This document shows, in pieces, positions 1-23,478 of a stretch of 64,000 nt of DNA. This DNA is from the human T2T-CHM13v2.0 reference genome, Homo sapiens. The translations under genes and the position numbers were made by a program. Within the stretch, counting starts at the first letter, position 1. Each line of letters starts with the position of its first letter. Location: assembly GCF_009914755.1 (NCBI RefSeq), contig NC_060935.1. One strand, given 5' to 3'. The notes beneath the pieces were generated by a model. The model saw only the letters and a program-made list of their open reading frames with translations, was not told the DNA's origin and made no database searches.

Positions 1-1401
1 GTTTTGTTTTTTTTTCAGAAGGAGTGTCGCTCTGTTGTCCAGGCTGGAGTGCAGTGGCTCAGTCTCGGCTCACTGCAAACTCCACCTCCCGGGTTCAAGC
101 TGCCCAAGTAGCTGGGATTACAGGCGCATGCCACCACTCCCAGCTAATTTTTGTACTTTTAGTAGAGATAGGATTTCACAATGTTGGCCAGTCTGGTCTC
201 AAACTCCTGACCTTGTGATCTGCCTGCCTCAGCCTCCCAAGGTGCTGGGATTACAGGCGTGAGCCACTGCGCCTGGCAACTCTTATCCTTCTTTTGGATT
301 TAATTTTATTAATTCTGGCAGACAGAGCAAATATAATTAAAGATATTAAAACAGGTAGCTCATTTATGGTTTCTGCTAAATAAATTAAAAACAAACAGCA
401 GCCGGGCACAGTTGATCATGCCTGTAATCCCAGCACTAAAACACAAAAAATTAGCCGGGCGTAGTGGCAGATGCCTGTAATCCCATCTACTCGGGAGGCT
501 GAGGCAGGAGAATTGCTTCAACCTGGGAGGCGGAGGTTGTACTGAGCCAAGATTGCGCCACTACACTGTAGCCTGGTTGACAGAGCGAGACTCTGTCTCA
601 GAAAAATAAATAAATAAATAAAAAATAAACAGCAGGCCAGGTGCGGTGGCTCATGCCTGTAATCACAACAGTTTGGGAGGCCAAGGTGTGAGGATGGCTT
701 GAGCCCAGGAGTTTGAGACTAGCCTGGCTAACATAGTAAGAACTTGTCTCTACAGATAATAATAATTTTTAGGGCCAGACTTGGTGGCTCACATCTGTAA
801 TCCCAGCACTTTGGGAGGCCAGGGCGGGCAAATCACCTGAGGTTGAGAGTTTAAGACTAGCCTGACCAACATGGAGAAACCCCATCTCTAATAAAAATAC
901 AAAATTAGCCGGGTGCAGTGGCGCATGCCTGTAATCCCAGCTACTTGGGAGGCTGAGACAGGAGAATTGCTTGAATCCTGCAGGCGGAGGTTGGAGTGAG
1001 CCCAGATTGAGACAGGAGAATTGCTTGAATCCTGCAGGCGGAGGTTGCAGTGAGCCCAGATTACGCCATTGCACTCCAGCCTGGGCAACAAGAACGAAAC
1101 TCTGTCTCAAAAAATATATATTAATAATAATTTTTTTTTTAATTAGCTAGGCGTGATGGCACGAGCCTGTAGTCCCAGTTACTTGGGAGACTGAGGCTTG
1201 AGCCCGGGAGGTTAAGGCTGCAGTGAGCTGTAATTGAGCCACAGCACTCCAGCCAGGGTGGAATCTCATGAGACCCAATCTCATTTTAAAAATTAATAAA
1301 AAACTGGCCGGGTGCAGTGGTTTATACCTGTAATCCCAGCAATCTGGGAGGCCAAGGCAGGCAGATCACTTGAGGTTAGGAGTTCAAGACCAGCCTAGCT
1401 A

Positions 1402-1582
<181 letters not shown>

Positions 1583-1759
1583 CTAAAAAAAAAAAAACAG
1601 AAAACAAAAATCAAACCAAAAAACCTAATAAAAAATAATAAAATAATAAAACCGTAAATAAAAATAAACAGCCAAAAAAAATAAAATCTTTCTGAAGTAA
1701 AACGGATTGAACATCATTATGATGGATGATCCCAAAATGAAACGTCTGTTTTTTTTTGA

Positions 1760-1939
<180 letters not shown>

Positions 1940-2089
1940 TGACCAAGAAGAACTCTTTCAATTAACTTAGCACCACCCTGGGAAGGCAGACGGGTATTAT
2001 TATCCCAATCTGATATGTACAAATGGGCATACAGATACTGAATTATTTTCTGTCATTCTCCATTGTGTTCAGAGGTCTGCTAGGAATAA

Positions 2090-2746
<657 letters not shown>

Positions 2747-4280
2747 TGAGTAGCTGGGATTACAGGCACCCACCACCACGCCCAGCTAATTTTTTGTATT
2801 TTTAGTAGAGACGGGTTTTCACTATGTTGGCCAGACTGGTCCTGAACTCCTGACCTCATGATTTGCCCGCCTTGGCCTCCCAAAGTGCTGGGATTATAGG
2901 CGTGAGCCACTGTGCCCTGCCACACCCGGCTAATTTTTGTATCAACACTCTTCTTGTCAAAAGAAAACTGGAACATATGAACAGTTCACCAATAATAAAC
3001 TTCTAGAGCTTATTTATTCTGCAGAACTAACCACTAGACACCCACTTAGTCAAGCACCCTAGATAGCTTCTGGCAAATAAACACCTCAGCAGAAAATATA
3101 ATTGAGAATTAGTCAGCTCTTTTAGCTTTTGACCTTTTTCATCCAGTTATTCTGTGCCTTTTTCCTCCTCTGAATAATCTTTCATCATTTACTCATTAGG
3201 GAACCTAAACATTGCATTACCTTTTGAGAATGAGGCATTTCAAGTCCTTTGTCTGGTAAGGCAGAATTTCCCACTGTGAGAAAGTTATTCTGCTTCTTGT
3301 AGGTAGGGTTGTGCAGGACTTTTACTTCCTAAGTTAAAGAATTCTGAATTGTTTGAAGTTTTTATGAGTATAAATGCTTTTGTAATCAGAAAAATAGATA
3401 TAAACATTTGTATCTTTAAAACGATCAACGCCAAAAAAAAAAAAAAAAAAAAGGCAACACCACAAAAGTTATTTTATCTATGGAGCTCTCCAAGGGGTAA
3501 GATTTCCTCTTCTAGTGCATTTTGTCCTTTTTCCTCTTCTAATGGTGAAATTCCATGCTTTCCTAGAAATTTTAATGTCTTAAACTGAACTACAGCTGGG
3601 TATGGTGGCTCATGCCTGTAATGCCAGCACTTTGGGAGGCTGAGGAGGAAGGACTGCTTGAGGCCACGAGTTCAAGGCCAGCCTGATCAATATAACAAGA
3701 CCCTGTCTCTACAAAACATACAAAATAGGGCTGAGTTCGGTGGCTCATTCCTGTAATCCCAGTATTTTGGGAGGCTGCGGCAGGCAGATCACCTGAGGTC
3801 AGCAGCCTGGTCAACATGGTGACACCCTGTCTCCACCAAAAATACAAAAATTAGCCGGGCGTGGTGGTGCATGCCTGTAGTCCCAGCTACTTGGGAGGCT
3901 GAGGAGAAGGATTGCTTGAACCTGGGAGGCAGAGGTTGCAGTGAGCTGAGATTGCACCACTTCACTCCAGCCTGGGTGTCAGAGTTAGACTCCATATCAA
4001 TAAAATAAATAAATAAATAAATATAAATTAGCCAGGTGTGGTGGCGCATGCCTGTGGTCTCAGCTACTCGGGAGGCTGAGGCAGCAGGGTGGCTTGAGCC
4101 TATGAGTTCAAGGCTGCAGTGAGCTATGATCATTCCACTGATTCCACTGCACTCCAGCTTGAGCAACAGAGCAAGAGCAAGACCCTGTCTCAAAACAAAA
4201 CAACAACAAAAAAAACAGGCTGGGCACGGTGGCTCACGCCTGTAATCCCAGCACTTTGGGAGGCTGAGGTGGGTAGATCA

Positions 4281-4762
<482 letters not shown>

Positions 4763-5941
4763 TGATCCACCTGCCTCCACCTCCCAAAGTGCCAGGATTA
4801 CAGGCGTGAGCCATCGTGCCCAGCCAACCCTATTATAATAACCTCTGGTCTCTGCCTCCAGTCTTGCCCTATTCAAATCATTCCTCACACTGTTACCAGA
4901 GTGATCTTTCTAAAACATAGATCTGAGTGTGTCACATCCTTATTGCAAATTATCTGAGGCTTTTTATCCCCTGTAATCTTCAAGGACTCCATGTTCCAAT
5001 CCCTACCTACCTGCTTCTCTAACCCATTGCTCTCTACCTCTCACCTGCTCTTTAAACTTCCATAATATTAGACTAAGCTTTAAGGCATTGCCCCTCAAAG
5101 CCCAGTCTAAACCATTTCTGTCTATGTCTAGATGAGGATGTACAAAGACTTCCGAAAAGCTTGACTTTGCTGGGGCTGGATTCACGTGTGTTCCTGTCGG
5201 TAGGATTGAGGTCATAAGAATTGAGACACATGAGTTGGAAGTAAGTGGGTGAGTGTCATCACCTTGCTGATTGTCTGTCAACATCTCTTGAAACCTGCCT
5301 TAACAATAGCAGAATCAGCAGCGCATATCCACATCCCTTTGATATCTATTTTCTCTGTGTGCTGCAATGTCTGCTAAATGGATTACCTGGCATTTCTAAA
5401 CCAGAAGCCGCCTCAGAGTGAGTGTCATGTAGGTCAGAGGCTGCTGCGGCTTAGATTTACTGGGCCTCTTAAGTTGCTGCTGTTGCTGAAGGGATCAGGA
5501 AGTAAGGGTGGGGAGGAGGAAGGGGCTTAAGGAGTAAGAGAGGCCACAGCAGAGTAGTTCTGTGCCCCTAAAGACTGTTTTATTAAAGGCCAAGTTATTC
5601 CTTGCCTGCATTTATTGTGCAATGATTGGAAGCACCTTAAACTTCACTCCCATTGGTTATGCACAGTTTACTGAACTAGTGTGCTGTAAGAACACAAAAA
5701 GTGTGTGCTACTGATTGCAACTGGAGCAACTACAAGGAGAGATGGTCAAGGTCTAGAAAAGCACCCACTGAAATATAATTAGTAATGTGTCAGGTAGTGG
5801 TATTATGGATAACTCTATTTTTGGAAATTTTAAAATTAATTCATCTTTTAAATAATGTTAAGAGAAGAGCGGTTAGGGAGGGGAGAATACTGTCCCCTTG
5901 AGACCTGAATTTCTGGGGCCTAATATTATGGAATGTATTTA

Positions 5942-6849
<908 letters not shown>

Positions 6850-7279
6850 TACCATAATAATTCATCCCAGTCCATGAGTCACCATGGAGCTCATCAGAAT
6901 ACACCTGTAGAACTAGAGAGTCATAAAAGGTCCCTACCTTAAAGACAGTCTAGTCCAATTTTTCCTTTCTATTTTTTTTTTTTTAAGAAGGAGTCTTGCT
7001 CTGTCACCAGGCTGGAGTGCAGTGGCGTGATCTTGGCTCACTGCAACCTCTGCCTCCGGGTTCAAGCGATTCCCCTGCTTCAGCCTCCCGAGTAGCTGGG
7101 ACTACAGGCAGGTGCCGCCACACTCAGCTAATTTTTTGTATTTTAGTAGAGATGGGGTTTCACCATGTTGGCCAGGATGGTCTCAATCTCCTGACCTCAT
7201 GATCTCCCCCCTCGGCCTCCCAAAGTGCTGGGATTACAGGCATGAGCCACTGCACCTGGCCATCTCTTTTTTTTTTTGA

Positions 7280-7438
<159 letters not shown>

Positions 7439-7646
7439 TAGTAGAGACGATGTTTCTCTATGTTGGTCAGGCTGGTCTCGAACTCCCGACCTCAGGTGAT
7501 CCGCCCACCTCAGCCTCCCAAATTGCTGGAATTACAAGAGTGAGCCACTGTGCCCGGCCCTGTTTTTTTTTTTTGTTTTTTTTTTTTGAGAGACAGGGTC
7601 TTGCTCTGATGTCCAGGCTGGAGTACAGTGGCACACTCAAAGCTCA

Positions 7647-7952
<306 letters not shown>

Positions 7953-8957
7953 TCAGCCTCCTGAGTAGCTGAGACTACAGGGACATACTACCATATCTGG
8001 CTAATTAAAATAATTTTTTTTTTTTTTGTAGAGATGGATTCTCACTATGTTGCCCAGGCTGGTCTCTAACTCCTGGCCTCAAGTAATCCTCCCCTGGCCT
8101 CCCAAAGTGCTGAAATTACAGGCATGAGCCACTGTGTCCAGCCTCAATTCTTCCTTTTATAGAAGAGAAAACAAACCTAGAGGGTTCAAGTAGTTTTTCC
8201 ATACTAGCACAACTCATTTGTAATAGAGCTAAAAAAAGAATTCAGGCTTCTTATCTTTTGTCCAAAGGAAGGAATGATTTTAGTCTTTCTTACTACTACC
8301 TTTCAAACTCACTGCAACCCCCGCTTCCCTAGCCCTTTACCCTATTGTCTTTTCTGTCTTCCAATAAGCCTCTCACCTAGCTCTCAGGTGAGATAACAGA
8401 TGAGTCTCTCTACCTCACAACTCAAGGCACTCATGTCACACTGTCCCAAGAAATCTTCTCACCACATTCTGCTCTAGTTGCCAGTAGCCACAGAGCGTTT
8501 CTTCCACTCAGCACATGTCACCATGAGATGCTAATCTTTCCCACTCACTCCTTGCTTGCCCTTGACTTGAGAGCAAGAAAACCACAGCACTCTTGACAGT
8601 TCTCTTCAAAGAAATCTTCACTTTTCAAACTTCCTCTCCTTGATTTTCTTTTCTCAGGCCAAAAGTGGGTAATGGGCTACAGGTTTCAGAACCAATTTGG
8701 AGGCTACCCCTTGAGCAAGTCCTGCATAAATGATCTGACATATCTCTTTATATAGGGGTACTTGCCACCTATTGTTCTAAGCTCCAAAACTAAGAAAATA
8801 GGAAAATGTAATTTAACATCCCAACTCAACTGCATTTATTCTTTCCCAGTTCTCTTTGTTTCTTAATGCATTCCAGCTGAGGTTTTTAAATTTAATTTTT
8901 ATTAGGTTATGCGTTCCAGTGAGAGAACACACACCTCCTTTTTTTTTTTTTTTTTTT

Positions 8958-9282
8958 CAGGTGCAAGATTTAATAGAGTGAAAACAGAGCTCCCATGCAA
9001 AGGGAGGGAACCCAAAGAGGTTAGCTGTTGCCAGCTCCAATGCCTGGGTTTATATCCCGATCATTGTCCCTCCCGCTGTGCTCTCAGGCAATAGATGATT
9101 GGGTATTTCTTTACCTCCCGTTTTTTGCCTAATTAGCATTTTAGTGAACTCTCTTTACTACCTGATTGGTCGGGTGTGAGCTAAGTTGCAAGCCCTGTGT
9201 TTAAAGGTGGATGTGGTCACTTTCCCAGCTAGGCTTAAGTATTCTTAGTCAGCCTAGGTAATCCAGCTAGTCCTGTCTTTTA
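8958..9282 (-). mobile_element. LTR17 U3-R portion of the HERV-W retrocopy
   Basis: Follows the polypurine tract (gagaggggga on minus). 325 nt long, contains CCAAT boxes, and ends ATTAAA-tcttgcacctg-poly(A). Confidence 0.9.
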
Positions 9283-9292
9283 GATCCCCCTC

Positions 9293-11165
<1,873 letters not shown>

Positions 11166-11250
11166 TAGCTGGAGGCACTCAATACCACCTGCAGGCTCAG
11201 TCTTGATCTAGTCACTACAAAATCTGCCCAGAGGCAGGAGGAATTTGTAG

Positions 11251-11561
<311 letters not shown>

Positions 11562-11612
11562 TGAGCCAGCACATCCGGCCACTCTGAGGTTTTCTATGAA
11601 GGCTGTTGCTAG

Positions 11613-12026
<414 letters not shown>

Positions 12027-12210
12027 TGAACTCCTGACCGCATGATTCACTCACCTCGGCCTCCCAAAGTGCTGGGATTACAGGCGTGAGCCACCTCGCC
12101 CGGCCTCAAGTCCCAGTTTTATTCAAAAACTGACCTCCAGTCTCATTCTTGAGATCTAGCTTCACCTTGGACTCCAGACCCAATGCATGGATTTCAGGCT
12201 AATGCCTTAG

Positions 12211-12653
<443 letters not shown>

Positions 12654-13165
12654 TAGCCAAGTGGCTAGAGTTCTACTACTTGATTATCAGACTTATCTGT
12701 CTGAAATCCTGATGAGCATCTCCTGTCTCAGAATTCTCTGTCTCCCATTAAGACAACATGTCATTCTCTGCTTGGCCCCAGATGCCAACTGCTTATCTAC
12801 ACGACTGCTTGCCATTTGTCACTGTGCCCTCCTAGTGGCAGATTTGGCCTGTCTGGTACTACTGCAGCTGACCCTGTGTCCCCTTGTGGAACCACATTCT
12901 AGTGTCTTCCTCTCAGTTGACCACCACAGGACTCAAGCCAGGGATGGACCATTTCCCATGAGTGGAATGTTTTATTATATAACTACTCTAAGGAACAGTA
13001 TCACTCTTGAGACCAAACCAAGAAAAGCATACCCTATGTGATAGGGCCTTTGAGAATGGTATTCAAGAGCAACAGATCATGGAGTTAATTGTAGTATCCA
13101 CCCAGAAAGTGTCAACCTGGATCAGAGACTATTGAGTACTGGATTCTCATTCAGTGAAAGTGTAT

Positions 13166-13970
<805 letters not shown>

Positions 13971-14137
13971 CTGGCAAGTATTCCCTTCTGCTTTACCAGC
14001 TGGGTAAGCCTCTGGGGAGGAAATACAGCAAAGAAAAGCAAGTTAAAAAAAAAAGTGCAGCTGGGCACAGTGGCTCATGCCTGTAATCCCAGCACTTTGG
14101 GAGGCCAAGGCGGGTAGATCATGAGGTCAGGAGTTCA

Positions 14138-14626
<489 letters not shown>

Positions 14627-15250
14627 TCAAAAAAAAAAAAAAAAATTTGCTCAGCCTGGCGCGGTGGCTCACACCTGTTATCCCAGAACTTTTGGAGGCT
14701 GAGTTGGGTGGATCACCCAAGGACAGGAGTTCGAGATCAGCCTGTTCAACATGGTGAAACCCCATCTCTACTGAAAATACAAAAATTAGCGGGGCATGGT
14801 GGCACATGCCTATAATCCCAGCTACTCAGGAGGCTGAGGCAGGAGAATCACTTGAACCCAGGAGGTGGAGGTTGTAGTGAGCCAAGATCTCACCATGGCA
14901 CTCCAGCCTGGGCAACAAGAGCAAAACTCTGTCTCACAAAAAAAAAAAAAAAAAAAAAAAAGTGCTTAAAAATGAAAAAAAAAATTTTTTCATTCAACCA
15001 TCACTTAAGAATTGCAACACAGGGCCGGATGTGGTGGCTCACGCCTGTAATCTCAGCACTTTCGGAGGCTGAGGAGGGCAGATCACGAGGTCAAGAGTTT
15101 GAGACCAGCCTGGCCAACATGGTCAAACCCCATCTCTACTAAGAATACAAAAATTAGGCCGGGCACAGTGGCTCATGCCTCTAATCCCAGCAATTTGGGA
15201 GGCTGAGGCAGGCAGATCATGAGGTCAGGCAACTGAGACCATCCTGGCTA

Positions 15251-15454
<204 letters not shown>

Positions 15455-16285
15455 TTAGCCAGGCGTGGTGGTGCATGCCTGTAATCCCAGCTACTCGGGA
15501 GGCTGAGGCAGGAGAATTGCTTAAACCTTGAACCCAGAAGGTGGAGGTTGCAGTGAGCCGAGATCACACCACTACACTCTAGCCTAGGCGACAAAGCAAG
15601 ACTCTGTCTCGGAAAAAAAAAAAAGAGCAACACAGTGCAGTGAAAGCAACACAAAATTTGGAGCCTACCAGAGCCCTACTCAAATCTTAAATCCCCTATT
15701 TTTTGGCTATGTACACTGAATATGTTAATTAATATTTGGAGCCTCTGTTTCCTCTTTTGTACAAGGAGGATAACTACCTACCTCTTAGGGGTATTAGGAG
15801 GAGTAGATATAATGTATATGGTGCCTGTAACTAAAAGCCTTTCAATAAATCGTAGTTAGCCTCAGCAACATGGCAAAAACCCCTCTCTACAAAAAAAATA
15901 CAAAAAGTATCTGGGCATGCTGGCTTATGCCTGTAGTCCCCCACTACTTGGGAGGCTGAGGTGTGAGGGTCATTTGAGCCTGGGGAGGTTGAGGCTGCAG
16001 TGAGCCATGATCACACCACTGCACTCCAGCCTGGGTGAGAGAGCAAGACCCTGCCAAAAAAAAAAACAAAGTCAATGAATGGTAATTATTTTAATTCTCA
16101 AATACTTTGATCTGCAAGGACTTTGGGCTAGTGTATTCAAGAGGAATTTAAAAAACACAACAAAGCGGCCGGGCACAGTGGCTCACGCCTGTAATCCCAG
16201 CACTTTGGGAGGCCGAGGCGGGAGGATCACGAGGTCAGGAGATGTAGACCATCTTGGCTAACACGGTGAAACCCTGTCTTTACTA

Positions 16286-16492
<207 letters not shown>

Positions 16493-17208
16493 TTAAAATA
16501 CTAGATTAAAAGAGAAGACACAGATGTTAAACTGGGAGAGAAAAGCAGTGCAAGCAGTGATATGACTGGCACAGGCCTTGGCAGCTGAGAAGAAGAAAAT
16601 AATTCCCTTTCAGCTATTCATAAAAGGTTTCATGGAAGAAGTGAAATCTGGGCCCTAGAAGATGAACAGATTTTTTGTTTGTTTGTTTGAGATAGAGTCT
16701 AGCTCTGTTACCTAGGCTCTGGAGTGCAGTGGTGCGATCACAGCTCACTGCAGGCTTGACCTCCCAGGCTCAAGCCCACCTCAGCCTCCTGAGTAGCTGG
16801 GACTACAGGCATCTACCACCATGCCTGGCTAATTTTTTTTTTTTTTTTTTTAAGATACAGGGTTTCTCTATGTTGCCCAGGCTGGTCACAAACTCCTGGT
16901 CTCAAGCAATCTCCCCAGAATTTTTTTTTTTTTTTTGAGATACAGTCTCACTCTGTCACCCAGGCAGGAGTGCAGTGATGTGATTTCAGCTCACTGCAAC
17001 CTCCACTTCCCGAGTTCAAGTGATTCTCATGCCTCAGCCTCCTGAGTAGCTGGGATTATAGGCACACTCCACCACAACCAGCAAGGCCCAGGATTTTTGA
17101 TAAGCAGAAAGTGGGAGAAACAGCATCCCAGAAAAACAATTGTTTTAAAAAAAGAAAATGCACAGCTGTGTCTACAGGCATTACTGGGTATATCAATATG
17201 GCCAGAGT

Positions 17209-17297
17209 AGAAAGAAAGGGAGAAAGAGAGAAGGAAGGAAGGAAGGAAGCAAGGAAGGAAGGAAGGAAGGAGGGAAGGGGAAGGGAAAGAAAGAAAA
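17209..17297. repeat. Polypurine tract containing (GGAA)4 GCAA (GGAA)4
   Basis: 89 nt of purines with a single C (17250). The GGAA array spans 17233-17268. Confidence 0.9.
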
Positions 17298-17615
17298 TCA
17301 CCTGGGTCTTCGTTCAGACTGCACACTTTCATCAGCTGTCCCTAAAATCCTGCCTCAGTGAACCATTGTAACTGATGAGAATGTGTTAGAACCCTCATCT
17401 GTGTGTTGGAACATGAAAAATGGTTGGGAAACATCAGCCCAGAGGCAGGAAGACTGTTTTAGAGACTATTGTGTGTGGTCAAAAGGACACCTGGGGCCTG
17501 GGGCAGTGGCTTACGCCTGTAATCCCAGCACTTTGGGAGACTGAGGTGGGTGGATCACCTGAGGTCGGGAGTTCGAGACCAGCCTGACCAACATGGAGAA
17601 ACCCCGTCTCTACTA

Positions 17616-17774
<159 letters not shown>

Positions 17775-17834
17775 TCAAAACAAAAACAAAAACAAAAACA
17801 AAAAGGACACCTGGATCAGTAAAGCTGTTTTTAA

Positions 17835-18191
<357 letters not shown>

Positions 18192-18646
18192 TAAAAGTGC
18201 TGGGATTACAGGCGTGAGCCACTGCTCCCGGCCATCATTTTCTATTTCATGTCTAGATTAATCTTCCTGTTCTGATCCTGTTATCCCAACCCCAAAACCC
18301 TTAATGACAAACCACTATCTACAGAACAGACTAAAATTCTTTGGCTTTCCAGATGACGTAGCAATCACCTTTCGGATCTCATTTCCTGCTTATTTGTCAT
18401 CAGGTATCTTCAGGTCCAGCCAAGCTGAACTACTCAAGAGTCCCTTGCTTTTCTGTCTTCATGGATCTTTCATGTTGCTCATTCTGCCTAGAATACCACT
18501 TCACAGTACTCTTCTCAGCTGTCTTAATCTTCTGGGTCCCTGAAGGCTCAATTCAGACACCTTTCCTTATCCCACCTTTCTCTCCCACACGGCCTTTGAT
18601 AATGTCTTTCCATTCTGAACTCCTATAGAACTTTACCTGTACCTTT

Positions 18647-19552
<906 letters not shown>

Positions 19553-19704
19553 ATTTATTCACGCATGGATCATTGGCTTTTTTTTTTTAAGTCTGTCATT
19601 GTTTATTTTTTTATCAAAATTTAAAACAATGTAATGAATAAAATACCAACCACCCATATTCCCACCACCCAGAATCACCAACTTTTAACACTGTTTCATA
19701 TTTA

Positions 19705-20260
<556 letters not shown>

Positions 20261-20835
20261 TAATTTTTTGTATTTTTAGTAGAGTCGGGGTTTCACCGTG
20301 TTAGCCAGGATAGTCTCGATCTCCTGACCTGGTGAGCCGCCCGCCTCAGCCTCCCAAAGTGCTGGGATTACAGGCTTGAGCCACCGCAACCAGCCTTTTT
20401 TTTTTTTTTTTAAGTACAGACGGTGTTTCACCATGTTGGTCAGACTGGTCTCAAACTCCTGACCTTGTGATCCACTCACCTCGGCCTCTCAAAGTGCTGG
20501 GATTACAGGCGTGAGCCACTGCGCTGGCCAATTTTTGTATTTTTAGTAGAGACGGGGTTTCACCATGTTGGCCATGCTGGTCTTGAACACCTGACCTCAG
20601 GTGATCCACCTGCCTTGGCCTCCCAAAGTGCTGAGATTACAGGTGTGAGCCACTGCACCCGGCCTACTTCCATATTTTTAAAAGAAGTGAAATGTTATAG
20701 ATAAAATTAAAGTCCCCTTTAACCACACAACCTCCCACTCAGTCCCATCTCCCCTCTCAAGTTACAGGCGCAACTACCATGAGTCTGGTGTGTAACCTTC
20801 CATTCCACTCCCTGTACTTTTACATGGATGAATAC

Positions 20836-20866
<31 letters not shown>

Positions 20867-21248
20867 TATGTACATATATACGTATTCATCACCAATGGAT
20901 TGTGACACTGTATTTTAAAACTTACATTAATGATACCATCATGTACGTATAATTTTGCATCTTGCTTTTATCACCCAAAGTTGTTTTTGAGACCAATTCA
21001 GGCTGATGTATGAATATATTACACTTTTATCCATTTCCTTTTGATGAAAATTTAGGCTGCTTTTACCTTTTTGTGATTACAAACAATGCTACGGAGGACA
21101 TCCTCACACTTGTTTCTTTGTACACATGGGTGAGAGTTTATTTGGGGTACATACCCAGAAGTATAATCATTAGGTCATAGGGCACATACATTTAAAGAAA
21201 AATTTTAGGCCAGCCACGGTGGCTCACACTGGTAATCCAAGCACTTTA

Positions 21249-21687
<439 letters not shown>

Positions 21688-22084
21688 TTATTTTATTATT
21701 AGTATTTTTTAATTTTTTAATTTTTTATTTTTTTTGAGACTGAGTTTGGCTCTTGTTGCCCAGGCTGGAGTGCAATGATGCCATCTTGGCTCACCGCAAC
21801 CTCCGCCTCCTGAGTTCAAGCGATTCTCCTGCCTCAGCCTCCTGAGTAGCTGGAATTACAGTTGCCCGCCACCACGCCTGGCTAATTTTTGTATTTTTAG
21901 TAGAGACGGGGTTTCTCCGTATTGGTCAGGCTGGTCTCGAATTCCTGACCTCAAGTATTTTGACTACTTTTAAAATTAGCATTTCAACAAGGAAATTAAA
22001 TAATGCTCAAAAACGTGATTTTAAAAATCATTATATAAATGTACCATAATTTAAAAAATTTATTACATTGTTCCCAGTTTTTAA

Positions 22085-22234
<150 letters not shown>

Positions 22235-23101
22235 TAGCTCAGAGTACAGGCACGTGCCACCACGCCCACCTAATTTTTGTATTTTTAGTACAGACGGGGT
22301 TTCACCATGTTGGTCAGGCTGGTCTCGAACTCCTGACCTCGTGATCCGCCCACCTTGGCCTCCCAAAGCGCTGGGATTACGGCTGTGAGCCACCGCGCCT
22401 GGCCTAATTAAACAGTATTATATAACCCACCATGTACCCACATAAATTGAAAATAAATGAATTAAAAATAAATAAAAATGGGATATTTAGAATTAAAAAA
22501 ATACTGCAGTGACTAGCATACATATATCTTTACCCACATCTGCTGTTATTGCCTTAGGATACCAATATAGAAATGAAATTACTGGAACAACAGGTTTGTA
22601 CGCTTTTACTTTTATCTGTCTTTAAAAATGCAAGAAGTTAAAAAATATTTTGATAGCACCAAGAAATGTGTAGTGAAAAAAAGTAGCCTTCGCCTCATTC
22701 CTCTTCATAGCCCAAAGGCAACCAATTTCCACTTTTTTCACTGTTATTTTGGGTATTTACCTCCATATATCAAAATAATGTGCTTATGCTATTTCTTGAT
22801 GTATCTGTTTTAAACACAATCTATTGCTTTCCTGTTGTGGTAGATGAGGTTGTAGCACTCTTACAAATACACCACATACCCACCACCATTTCTCCTTCCC
22901 CAGCCTCCCAAAGCAGTTAAATCATAATTTTGGTTCACATCAATAATAAGCATTTACATCATGATTAATATGTGTAATTTTCACAGATGAGTCAGGAAGT
23001 GTACTGTGATTCATTTCTTGTAAAACTCTATTGAATAGGAAGGCCAATTTTACTTCATCTGCACCAACACTGGGTAATAAAAAATTTTTTTTCTGACATT
23101 A

Positions 23102-23478
<377 letters not shown>

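Noticed and set aside
9271-9290. LTR start reads TAAAAGAC instead of the recalled TGAGAGAC (possible APOBEC3 G>A editing)
   Set aside because: Too few sites, and the other lesions in the element look like CpG decay. A full alignment would be needed.
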